From Malacoraja senta (lineage: Eukaryota), in NCBI GenBank assembly GCA_038087875.1, contig CM075995.1, forward strand, positions 124,001 through 188,000: DNA of 64,000 bases, in the 5' to 3' direction. The position numbers and the translations under genes were made by a program. The stretch's first letter is position 1. Each line of letters opens with the position of its first letter. Of the stretch, positions 52,233 through 64,000 are shown in pieces. The notes beneath the pieces were generated by a model. The model searched no databases, was not told the origin of the DNA, and saw only the letters and a list, made by a program, of their open reading frames with translations.

Positions 52233-54729
52233 TTTAACAACAGGCCATTCCGTTTTGATGGCCAATTGAGCTCATTTTTCTACTGTATTGGCATTTTCTA
52301 CTGCAACATCTTCATTCAACGGATCCCCTTTTGTTTTCATACTCAATGGAGTTTCCAGTCCATACCATTTATTTAGTTACTTCTGGAATATTTGCTTCAT
52401 TGGTTTCACTTCCTAGCTGTGCACGTTTACTTGCAATGTCCCTGGTCTTTGCCGTTTTCAACCACTTCCTGCCTTTCGGAAGCATTATAACACAAGGCCA
52501 TCTGCCATATCTCAATGACACACAATTTTCCCTCTATAGCACTGCTATGAAACCCTCTGCTTTCTATTTATATATCAAAATGCATTCAATAGTTAGATGG
52601 ACTAGCAAAGAATACCATTATCTTCAATCTTGACTCAAATTCTGTACTTGACATCAATTACACACACACACACTTTATAAACCATGATCTGGACATTTTT
52701 GCCTCCATTCTAAGTTTGTACCTTCTTCATCCTGAGCACTACCTAAATGCATCTGCCAGTTAATCCCTCTTTTCTGCAAGACTATTCTAATAGTTATTTT
52801 GTCATAAACCATTAATTCTAAACTCTAACACCAGTGTCCTATCATAGATCATTACAGCATAGGAACAGGCCCTTCAACCCTCAATATGTATTCTGAACAT
52901 GATACCAAGTTGAACTAATTTCCTCTGCCTTAATGTGACCCATATCCCTCCATTGCTTGCCATATCCTGTTACCTAATCTTTGTTGTCTATAACCTTAGT
53001 TCCCTAAACTAGCGTTGGCTTCCACTTCCCTGACAGCCATAATTAGTATTTTTTATCCTTTGTGGCTTAATCTTCCTTCTGTGGTTCATCATGTGACTTC
53101 ATCTATCTCCTGTTTGTAACCCCCATTACTCTATCTATTGTACTTGAGTTTATCTTGATTGTATCTATGTATGGTATGTATATCTGATCAGTTTGGTTAA
53201 CATGCAAAACAACTTTTCACTGTACCTCGGTACATGTGACAATATCACCATAAGGGACCACATCTTTAAAATGGCCCAGCACTTGAATTACCACTCTGAA
53301 TATTCAATCTCTCACTCCTTTACAACCCACCTTGAATCAACTCTCATAATATTTCCACTTTTGGCTCTGAACGTAGATTTTCACAATCGTGAAATACTCA
53401 GCACGATGCTACTGGTGTCCCATAAAATGCGTGTGGAAAACATTCATAATAATTCATAATTCCTTACCTGTGCTGGGTTCATCTTATTAATGACTTGAAA
53501 AATCATACCTTTCTTTCTGAGTAAGTAATTGTATGTGCTTGAGAATTTAGATAATTTCATCTCACTGATGCTGGATTAGGTTTTGAACACTGGTTTGTTT
53601 GAATAGGAAGTATGAAGTATATCAGAATTATTTAAATGTTTTTAAAATGATGGATTAAATGATAACAAAGATTCTATTTTTCTCTGAAGGGAGAATGCAG
53701 AATGTGATTATGATTTTGTTTCTATGCATTTTTTTTAACATTTGTATTGTTAGATCAAACATGCTTGGATTGAGGGCCATGTGTTTGCATGGTAAATGTC
53801 AGAACCAGAATTTAAATCAACAGATCACCTTTGCAGTATTTTTGAAACAGTGATCAAAATCTCAGGTATTGAGAAGAGTTTACTATGATGATTAAAATAA
53901 TTTATTTAACCTAAAGTGTACTGTCGGGTTGCATCACACCTTGATTTGGGAACTAGCTCTGCCCAAGATCACAAGAAATTGCAGAGAGTTGTAGGTGAAG
54001 CCCAGGACATCACACAGACCAGACTCTTCCCCACTCTATCTGCACATCGCCTGCCTCAGAAAAGCAGCCAATATAATCAATCTGAAGGATGCTAACCTGG
54101 AAAGCCACCTTTCTAGCCACCTATCCATGTTCTTCAAGGATGCTGCCTGACCAGCTGAATTACTTCAGCATTTTGTGTCTTTCTAATATAACCAAAGACT
54201 TAGTTCCACCTTGGTCATTTCTCGTCCTCCCTGCTCCCATCTGGCAAAAAGTACGGAAGCTTGAAAACGCACACCACCAGACTCAGGAACGGCTTCTTCC
54301 CCTCCGTTATCAGGCTGTTGAACGGTCCTTCCATAAGCTAGTATAATTCACCTTTACCCCATTGTTGTCATTAGACTTTGACTCTGGAACTGGTGCACGA
54401 CAATGTTGAGAACTATATTCTGCATTCTGTATCTTCCCCTCACAGTTCTATGCACCCTGGATTCAATCGTGACCTCTGATAGTCTGTGGCGTTCACACAT
54501 TTTCCCAATGCACCAACATTGGCATAGCATGAAGGTGAGAGGGGCAAAGTTGAAAGGAGACATGTGTTTTTTTTAAGAGGGTAAATTAATGGGTGCCTGC
54601 AATGTGTGTTAGGGGTGGCGGTGGATCAAATACAATAGTGGTTTTAACAAGCATTAGATATGTACATAAATATGTAGAGAATGGGGGGGAGGAGATTTAT
54701 AAAATATGTGCAGGCAGATTTAATTCGTT

Positions 54730-55010
54730 TTTTTTAATCAAAACTAAATTTATCCAATTATTTACAATAATATTGACAAAACAAACAAAAACACACACCT
54801 ACCACCATAATAATAGAAAAATCACCAAATATTCTTATTACTATGCCCAGCGGTCTCGGAAATCCTCTATGGTGCTCGTGAGCGTTGTGTGTTCTTTCTC
54901 AAGGAAAGCGGAAAGGGGCCAGCAGTCAGGCAGAGCCGCCCTCTGCCTGGCAACGTAACCCACGAATGGCCAGCTTGGCCAGGCCCTGGAACAAACCGAT
55001 CAAGACATCT
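54730..55010 (-). mobile_element. Tx1-like LINE 3' end fragment
   Basis: Minus strand translates EDVLIGLFQGLAKLAIRG, followed by a T-rich 3' UTR, AATAAA-like signal and poly(A). Confidence 0.6.
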
Positions 55011-55339
55011 TCTTAATGGGATTGGACAGGCTAGATGCAGGAAAAATGTTCCCGATGTTGGGGGAGTCCAGAACCAGGGGTCACAGTTTAAGAATAAGGG
55101 GGAGGCCATTTAGGACTGAGATGAGGGAAAACATTTTCACCCAGAGGTGGAATTCTCTGCCACAGAGGGCAGTGGAGGCCAATTCACTGGATGTTTTCAA
55201 GAGAGAATTAGATATAGCTCTTGGTGTTAACAGAATAAAGGGATATGGGGAAAAAGCAGGAACGGGGTACTGATTTTGGATGTGGAAGAACCCATTGCCT
55301 ATTCCATCACAGGTACAGATACAAAATGAAAATTGAAAA

Positions 55340-55461
55340 TGAAAATTGTGAGATTTGGTCAAATTGGAAAAGCTCTGTGGGACAGACAGACAGGCTGGTT
55401 CGGCCCTGGATTTCAAGGGGCATATCAAAGTCCCTGGTCACTAGGCTCAGGGTGTGTGTGT

Positions 55462-55498
<37 letters not shown>

Positions 55499-55844
55499 GG
55501 GAGCCTGCCTGTCTCTCTCTCTCTCTCTCTGCCTGCACACATTCCCCACCCTGTTTAGGTCTGTGTGTGTGTGTGTGTGTTTGTGTGACTGTGTGTTTTC
55601 ACTCACCACACCGGAATTCCCCCTTCATTGCCTGTCTGCCTGTGAGATCCACGATCGAGTATCCAAGCTCCTTCCTTCATTCTTGAGATCTGTAGACAAT
55701 TAAAAAGTGGAAGATTTGTCACCAAAAAGTGAGGAAAAAAGGCCAAAATGCTCTCTCTCTCTTTCCCTCTGCCAATTTGTACTTTCATCCCCTGTAAGTA
55801 TTAAACTTTGCTCAACTCAGCACAGTATGTTTTTCCCCCTTCAT

Positions 55845-55883
<39 letters not shown>

Positions 55884-56814
55884 GTCTGTAGGATCCAGGT
55901 CAGAGAGACTTTGCTGCGTGATGTGTGGAGAAAAGCTGAACAATGTTCAAATCTCAATTCTCTCCCCTTTCCCTCCCTCTCTCTCACACACACACACACA
56001 CACTCTCCTGTTTTGGGCAGTATTTCTCCATCTCTATCTATCTATCGATCGATCAATCAATCAATCAATCTTTGATTGATATAAATTACAATAATATAAT
56101 AGATATCTTTTTGGATAGATATTGGGATATTTCACCTCCCCGGCTACCACTGTAGCCTCTCTCTACTCTCTCTCTCTCTCTCTCTCACTCACCACACCTT
56201 CAGTCCACCTGCACAACCTTTGTCCGTCTGAGGAGGAGGAGGAGAAGAGTGTTTGGACTTCAAAACGGGGTTTGCTGTGAGATTTGGTCAAATCGGAAAA
56301 GCTCTCTGGGACAGAGAGACAGACAGACAGGCTCCGAGAGATGCCTGGGAATCTGGAACTTAGATGCAATTTGCATGCAGAGAATGGGAAGCCTTGCAAA
56401 TACTGTCAAATGCATAGAATGGATTGGATGTGTGCAAAAAACCTGGACATTCACCTTGTAAATAGGTTGAAAGTAATGTTGCAGAGTGTGACTCTGCTAA
56501 GTGTTAATTGGATGGGGCGGTTGAGCCTTGTGTGAGGGTTCTGTTCATCAGGGTAAATGTTTCCAAATCGACTTCCTCTTCAAGTCGGTTGTGAATAGGA
56601 TGAAATTGAATTGTTGTTTCATTGGGTTAGGGAAATGCATGTTATGTATGGGCTTAATGGCTATTGGACTTCAAAACGGGGTTTGCTGTGAGATTTGGTT
56701 AAATTGGAAAAGCTCTGTGGGACAGACAGACAGGCTGGTTCGGCCCTGGAGTTCAAGGGGCATATCAAAGTCCCTGGTCACTAGGCTCAGGGTGTGTGTG
56801 TGACAGAGAGAGAG
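55340..56814. repeat. Microsatellite-rich block with a ~140-bp unit present three times
   Basis: tgtgagatttggt.aaat.ggaaaagctct.tgggacaga at ~55347, ~56276 (partial) and ~56687. Contains (GA)n, (CT)n, (GT)n, (CA)n and (TCAA)n tracts. Confidence 0.85.
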
Positions 56815-58970
56815 AAACTTGATTTACTGATGGGACTGTAGGCTGATAAATCCCCAGGACCTGATGGTCTGCATCCCAGGGTACTCAAGGAGGTGGCTCT
56901 AGAAATCGTGGACACATTGGTGATCATTTTCCAATGTTCTATAAATACTGGATCAGTTCCTGTGGATTGGAGGGTAGCTAATGTTTTCCCACTTTTTAAT
57001 AAAGGAGGGAGAGAGAAAGCAGGGAATTATAGACCAGTTAGCCTGACATCGGTGGTGGGGAAGATTATTAAAGATATAATACGCATTTAGATAGCAGTAA
57101 CCGGATCGGTCCGAGTCAGCGTGGATTTATGAAGGGGAAATCTCGCTTGACTAATCTTCTGGAATTTTTTGAGGATGTAACAAGCAAAATGGATAAGGGA
57201 AAGCCAGTGGATGTAGTGTATCTGGACTTTCGGAAATCCTTTGATTAGGTCCCACAAAGGAGATTAGTGGGTAAAATGAGAGCACATGGTATTGTGGGTA
57301 GGGTATTCACATGGATAGAAAATTGGTTGACAGACAGGAAACATAGAGTAGGAATTAACAGGTCCCTTTCAGAATGGCAGGTAGTGACTAGTGGGGTGCC
57401 ACAAGGCTCGGTGCTGGGACTGCAGCTACTTACAATATTTATATTAATGATTTAGATGAAGGAATTAAAAGTAACATTAGCAAATTTGCAGATGACACAA
57501 AGCTGGGTGGCAGTGTGATCTGTGAAGAGGATGCTATGAGGATGCAGGGTGACTTAGATGGGTTGGGTGAGTGGGTAGATGCATGGCAGATGCAGTATAA
57601 TGTGGATAAATGTGAGGTTATCCACTTTGGTGGCAAGAACAAGAAGGCAGATTATTATCGGAATGGTGTCAGATTAGGAAAATGGGAAATGCAACGAGAC
57701 CTGGGTGTGCTTGTACATCAGTCACTGAAAGTAAGCATGCAGGTACAGCAGGCAGTGAAGAAAGCTAATGGTATGTTGGCTTTTATTGCGAGAGGATTTG
57801 AGGTTAGGAACAAGGAGGCCTGACTGCAGTTGTATAGGGCCGTGGTGAGACCGCACCTGGAGTATTTATTGTGTGCAATTCTGGTCTAATAAATTGAGGA
57901 AGGACATTATTGAGGGAGCGAGGTTCACGGGGTTAATTCCCAGGATGACAGGACTCTCATTTGATGAATGAATGGAACGACTGGGCTTGTATTGTATTGA
58001 ATTTAGAAGGATGAGAGGAGTTCTTACAGAAACATATAAAATTATTAAGGGATTGGACACGCTAGATGCAGGGAACATGTTCCCGATGCTGGGGGAGTCC
58101 GGAACCAGGGACCAGAATTTAAGAATAAGGGGTAGGCCATTTAGAACTGAGATGAAAGAAAAACATTTTCACCCAGAGATTTGTGAATTTGTAGAATTCT
58201 CTGCCTCGGAAGGCAGTGGAGGCCGATCACTAGATGCATTCAAAAGAGAGTTAGATAAAGCTCTTAGGGCTAATGTAATCAAGGAATATGGGTAGACGGC
58301 AGGAACGGAGTACTAATTGCAGATGATAAGCCATCATCACATTGAATGGTGGTGCATGCCTGATTGGCCAAATGGCCTACTCCTGCACCTATTTTCTATG
58401 TATCTATGTATGTCCTCCGGTGATTGATTTCCTTACTCTGGGTAAAAAGATCTACATTTACCCTCTCTGTTCCTATCATGATCTTATACACTTCTCTATG
58501 ATCACCCCCTGATCCTCTTGCGTCCCAAGGAATAAAGTCTTAGCCTGCTCAACCTCTCCCTATACCTCAGGCCCTTAAGCCTGACAACTTCCTCGTAAAT
58601 CTTCTCTGTACCCTTTCCAGCCTGACAACATCTTTCCTATAACAGGGTGATGAAAACTGAACACAATACTCTAAATGTGGCCTCACCAATGTCTTGTCCA
58701 ATTGTAACATGACCTCCCAACTTCAATACTCAATCCTCTGCCTGATGAAGGCCAGTATTGCCGAAAGCCTTTTTGACCACGCTATGACACCACGTTCAAG
58801 GAACTCTATACCTGCATTCCTAGATCCCTCTGTTCTACAACACTTCACAGGAGCCTGTCCTTCACTGTGTAGGTCCTGCCCTGATTTGGCTTCCCAAAAT
58901 GCAACACCTTGCACTTCTCTGCATTAAGCATTGTTGTCACTGAATTTAATATTTTTTGTTGTGGATGGCT
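56815..58970 (+). repeat. Direct duplicate of 48651-50772 (TPMT last-intron segment)
   Basis: Shares the same disabling mutations and the same junction between two LINE fragments; differs by scattered substitutions and a 34-nt indel. Confidence 0.95.
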
Positions 58971-58975
58971 CAATG

Positions 58976-59006
<31 letters not shown>

Positions 59007-59010
<4 letters not shown>

Positions 59011-62000
59011 CGTATGTCGGGTATACGAGACCAAACGTATACCAGCGATCGTTTCGCTGAACACCTCGCACTGAACTTTCCGTCCTGGGCCTCCTCCACT
59101 GTCAGAGTGAGGCCCAACGCAAATTGGAGGAACAGCACCTCGTATTTCCCTTGGGCAGCTTATGTTGATTTATCTAACTTCAAGTAACCCTTCTCTCCTC
59201 CACCACCCCCCTTCCCACCCCAATCGTACCAGCTTCAAAGTTGGCTTAATGAGTCTCATTTTAACTCGTTTTCACCGAGACCACAGTTACCAATGGCCTG
59301 TTTCCTTTATCGTCGTTACTTATTTGCATATCTTTTGTTCATTTGTTCTATATCTCTCTACATCACCGTCTATATCTCTCGTTTCCCTCTCCCCTGACTC
59401 TCAGTCCGAAGAAGGGTCTCGACCCGAAACGTCACCTATTCCTTTTTCTCCAAAGATGCTGCCTGACCCGCTGAGTTACTCCAGCATTTTGTGTCTACCA
59501 AGTTTCATCTGTGAACTTTGACCGGCACGCCTCGCCTCGCATGGAGCACTGTTTGTTCACTGTCTAGGTTGGTTTTTTTTTTGTATGCTGGTTACCCGGA
59601 CAGGAAGCGTTCTTTCGGCCGTTCATCTCTTTGCCAGCACTCCCCCTACTGTCACCGCTGTTTGCCCGCGGTTCAGGCTCGTCACTGTGAAATCCCAGTG
59701 ATACGTTGTGTAACAAAAAGGTATTTGAGTGCATTGGCTACTGCTTGGCACCTATCCTGTAAGATACAACATTTTATAACCATTTGGAGCCGGCAATTTG
59801 ATTGAAGGTGTTATGATGCATAAAGATTTGTTGCGCTGGTCGAAGTTCAATTTTAGTCTTTGGAGGCTTGCAGTTTCTTGCATTTCAAATGCATTTCATG
59901 GTCTGAGAGTATCCAGTTTTGTGCAGGGGAGATCATGCCTGGCGAATCTGTTGGAATTCTTCGAAGAATAGCAGGACAGACAAATGGATGTTGTTTACCT
60001 AAATTTTCAGAGAGCCTTTGATAAGGCTGCTAAGGAAGATGAGAGCCCATGGTATCAAAGGGTAGATAGTAGCATGGATTGCTGGATGGCAGAAGGCCAA
60101 CCTCCATGTGCGTGTATCTAAAAAAAGTTCTCATTTTCCTTCCACTAACTAGTTTAAATCTTTGCACTGTGGTCATTGGCTTCTTCACTGAGAGAAGTTA
60201 GACTCGTAGAACATAAAATAGTACGGCACAGGAACAGGCCCTTCAGTCCACAATGTCTGTGCCAAACATGATGCCAAGATAAACAATTTTAGGTCTAACT
60301 TTCAATCGCATTACCCATGGATTATTAATGAGTCTTATCAAAAAACCTTGATAAAAGTCCATATAAACCATAATAACATAACCAGAAACTTCGTCCCAAC
60401 ATTTTTAAGATCTGAAACAAAAAACAGTCTGATTTATTTAATATGCCCCCCATCTAGAAAAGCAATAAGCATAGGGCATGCAAGATATCGAGAGACATGG
60501 AAGTTTGGATAAGACAAATAAGAAAGCATATAATAGGTATGAAGGAGCGGCATAGTGGCGCAGTTGTAGAGTTGCTACAATACAGCATCAGAGACCCGGG
60601 TTAGATCCCGACTGGTTGTCTGTACGGATTTTGTACATTCTCCTGTGACCGTGTGGGTTTTCCCCGGGTGCTCTGGTTTTCTCCCACATTCCAAAGACGT
60701 GCAAATTTGTACGTCAATTGGCTTCTTAAAATTGTCCCTTGTGTGCAGGATAAAATAATGAAAGGGTGATCGCGGGTCTGCACGGACTCTGGGCCGAACG
60801 TCCTATTTCCACGCTGTATTTCCAAATTAAACTAGAGACGGGTGTTTAACAAAATGCTTTAAAGGGAAATTAGAAAGGAAATTACAAGGGATCACAAGAA
60901 ATTACCTGTTGTCATGATTAAGCAAAATCACAAGACATTCTATAAGTATATCAAGCTAAATCTCAAGATATTCTACATATAACAACGACATAAGAAATAA
61001 TAGGGAAAAGGTAGGGACCATCAAGGACAACAGGCAATTTGTGCATACAGCCAGAAGGCATAGGTGAAGTCTGAAATTAATAACTTCATTGGTATTCATA
61101 AAGGAAATGTGTTTGCCATTGAATAATGAATTGAAAGGGCAGGTAAAAGTCCAGTGCTGTTTTCCATAGATAAAAAGAGGTACTCGATAACTGACGAAGT
61201 TTGTAGGTGGATAAATTACCAGGGTCAGTTGGGATGTAACCTGGACTATTACAGGAAGGAAGGGAAAAGATGTCAGGGCTCTAGCTGAGATTTTTCAATC
61301 TTAAGGTGAGGTACTATTTGCGCAGAGGATAGCAAACGTGGCCATCCTTGTCAAGAAAGGCAGTGGGGAACAGCATGGTAACTACAGAGCTAACATCAAT
61401 GTTAGGGAAGAATTTGGGGGGAAAAATTGAGCAAGAGGATTGAAGAAGGGTTTCGACCCGAAATGTTGCCTATTTCCTTCGCTCCATAGATGCTGCCTCA
61501 CCCGCTGAGTTTCTCCAGCATTTTTGTCTACCTTCAATTTTCCAGCATCTGCAGTTCCTTCTTGAGCAAGAGGATTAATGATTTCTTGAAAAGTCAAGTC
61601 TTAATCAGACAGTCAATGTGGCTTTATCGAGGGACATCTTGTCTGACCAATTTGATTGAATTCTTTGAAGAGGCAATGTAGTATATCAATGAGGCTGAAA
61701 GGCCTTTGACAAGGTGTTACATTGGATGGGAGACTAGTTCAAAAGATTAAGGTCAATGGGATCCAGGGCAAGTTGGCAAACATTGGCTTGGCAATAGAAG
61801 AGTGTGATAGTAGAGTTGTGAGAATGAATGCCAGTGGCACAAAGATTGCTGCTTGTAATGTACATGAATGAGTTTACTGACAACAACATTGTCAGAGTTG
61901 TTGATGATTTGGAAAGTTATCAGCTTTGGTCATACCTCAACTGGAGAACTGCATGCAGTTCTGGCCACCAAGGTATTGGGAAGGATTTGATAGTGCTGGA

Positions 62001-64000
62001 GAGGATGCAGTGAAGATTCACCAGAATGTTGCCTGGGATGGAGCAGTTCATTTATGAGGAGAAATTGGAGAAGCTAGGTCTGTTATTGCTGGAGCAGAGG
62101 TGGTTAAGAGGGACATGACTAAGCTATAAAACATTATGAGGGGCATAGAAGGAAGAAACATCTTGCTTATCAACGGCAGATAATACTAGAGGACAAGAAG
62201 TAGAGGTTTAGAGGGGAGAAAACGGTGGCTTTGTTTACCCAGAGAGTAACAATTACCTGGAATGTACTGTCTAAAGACAGTGGTTAAAGCTGGGTTGCTG
62301 GCAGCTTTTATGAAGCATCTAGATACTACTTGAATCACTTGGGCAATGAAGTCTATGTGCTAAGTCCCAGCAGATGAGATTAATATGGAAGGGTATCCAC
62401 ACTGATCAGTGTGGACAAGTTGGACTGAATAATCTGTTTCCATGCTGCATGATTCTACGACTCTTTGACTATGTCATAGAGCAGGGGTCGGCAACCTTGT
62501 GCTGCATAGGGGCCAGGACGCATGTCTGTGAGCGGATGGCAGGCCACATCTATCACGTGTACACATGGATCCCGCCACCATCCCACCCCGGATGGCAGGC
62601 ATCAAATCACATGTTCACATAAGGTAGACAAAAATGCTGGATAAACTCAGCGGGTGAGGCAATCCTTGCATGTCTCACCCGCTGAGTTTCCCCAGCATTT
62701 TTGTCTACCTTCGATTTTTCCAGCATCTGCAGTTCTTTCTTAAACGTGTTCACAGAAGGTGCACAGCCATGCCGGCGGCTTTGCGCAGGATGCGGTACAG
62801 CCAGAGCTCTGCGCTCGGCGGGCCGGATGATTACGGGGAAAAAAAATCTGCCTGCGCGCCGGATGATTTTGGGTTATGGGCCGCATTCGGTTGCCGAACC
62901 CTGTCATAGAGAATAGGCTGCAGGGAAATATATAGGGGAACTAGACTAAGTGGGACCCGTTGGGTCCCATGTTCACACGGGAGGGTTGGTCCCCCAACAC
63001 AATATTCCACCTCCACCAATTCCAATATTGGTGGCCAGTGGGGGAGGGGGGGGGGGTTGTTTCTGGAGCACTAGTATGGGTGTTGTGGGCTGAAGGGACT
63101 GGTTTCCAGAGCGCTAGTATGGCCATTGTGGGCCAAATTGATTCTTAGGATGGCAGCTCAATCACTCAAGCCTGATGTGCTGGCAGCTCACTCACGGCTG
63201 GTGGGCTGGCAGTTGACTCACGGCTATTCCTTGAAATTCCATTTCAAGCAGGGTGCAAGGCCACCAAATTCAATTTCCTATCATTTCAAGCAGAGTGCAA
63301 GGCCACCAAATTCAAGTGCAGTTTCATACCACTTCAAGCAGGGTGCAAGGCCACCAAATTCAAGTGCAGTTTCATGCCACTTCAAGCAGGGTGCAAGGCC
63401 ACCAAATTCAAGTGCAGTATCATACCACTTCAAGCAGGGTGCAAGTCCACCAAACTCAAGTGCAGTCTCATACCACTTCAAGCAGGGTCCAAGTCCACCA
63501 AATTCAAGTGCAGTTTCATGCCACATCAAGCAGGGTGCAAGGCCACCAAATTCAAGTGCAGTTTCCTACCACTTCAAGCAGGGTGCAGGGCCAACTCATG
63601 TGCAGTTTTATACCACTTCAACCAGGGTGCAAGGCCACCAAATTCAAATGCAGTTTCATACCATTTCATGCAGGGTGCAAGGCCACCACATTCAAATGCA
63701 GTTTCATACCATTTCAAGCAGGATGAAACCACCAGAAAACCAGCATAAAACCACACAAAACACTACATAAACACCACACACAGTTCAGTAGACATTCTGT
63801 CTTCTTCATTCATTCAGAAGAAGACATTCAGTGTGTTCAGTTGATTCACAGCTCAGACAGAGTCGTGACCTCTCCCTCCCCCATCTTGCAGAGACTGAGC
63901 CACACCCACACTTCAGGGTTTTATAATCCCTCTCCCCTCCCACCGGAAGGGTCGTGGCCTTCATAGCGTGATTGACAGGAGAGAGATTCTCAACATTTTT
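59007..64000 (+). repeat. Direct duplicate of 17851-23288 (upstream of TPMT coding exon 1), running off the window
   Basis: Colinear Penelope remnant, SINE, LINE, hAT MITE with the same TSD, Helitron-like end and 48-bp minisatellite. Confidence 0.97.
63239..63722. repeat. 48-bp minisatellite, ~11 units (duplicate copy)
   Basis: Same unit as 22244-23010. Confidence 0.93.

Overview
This is eukaryotic, vertebrate DNA, most likely a cartilaginous fish such as a skate or ray. That is inferred from HE1/V-SINE-type SINEs, abundant CR1 LINEs with (TCTATGT)n tails and Penelope-derived repeats. No prokaryotic features or CRISPR arrays were seen. The main host gene is an intact 8-coding-exon thiopurine S-methyltransferase (TPMT)-family gene on the + strand (ATG 24791 to TAA 51231, 243 aa). 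Its exon sizes match human TPMT as recalled, but both arginines implicated in thiol-substrate binding are replaced (R152S within DRGA>DSKS, and R226Q). It lies downstream of a CpG island (~16.5-17.85 kb) that also holds a divergent minus-strand first coding exon (Kozak-ATG, MYYSDT). From 56.8 kb the window is a rearranged duplicate of TPMT intronic DNA (48651-50772, then 17851-23288), implying a second TPMT copy just past the window that lacks the CpG-island promoter. The rest is nested transposons: CR1, L1, Tx1, Rex/Babar-like LINEs, Penelope remnants with hammerhead-like cores, Helitron-like elements, and hAT and Harbinger MITEs. One element with TAG..CTA ends and a 7-bp TSD carries an uninterrupted exon-like ORF resembling a Spindlin (Spin/Ssty) Tudor-like repeat.
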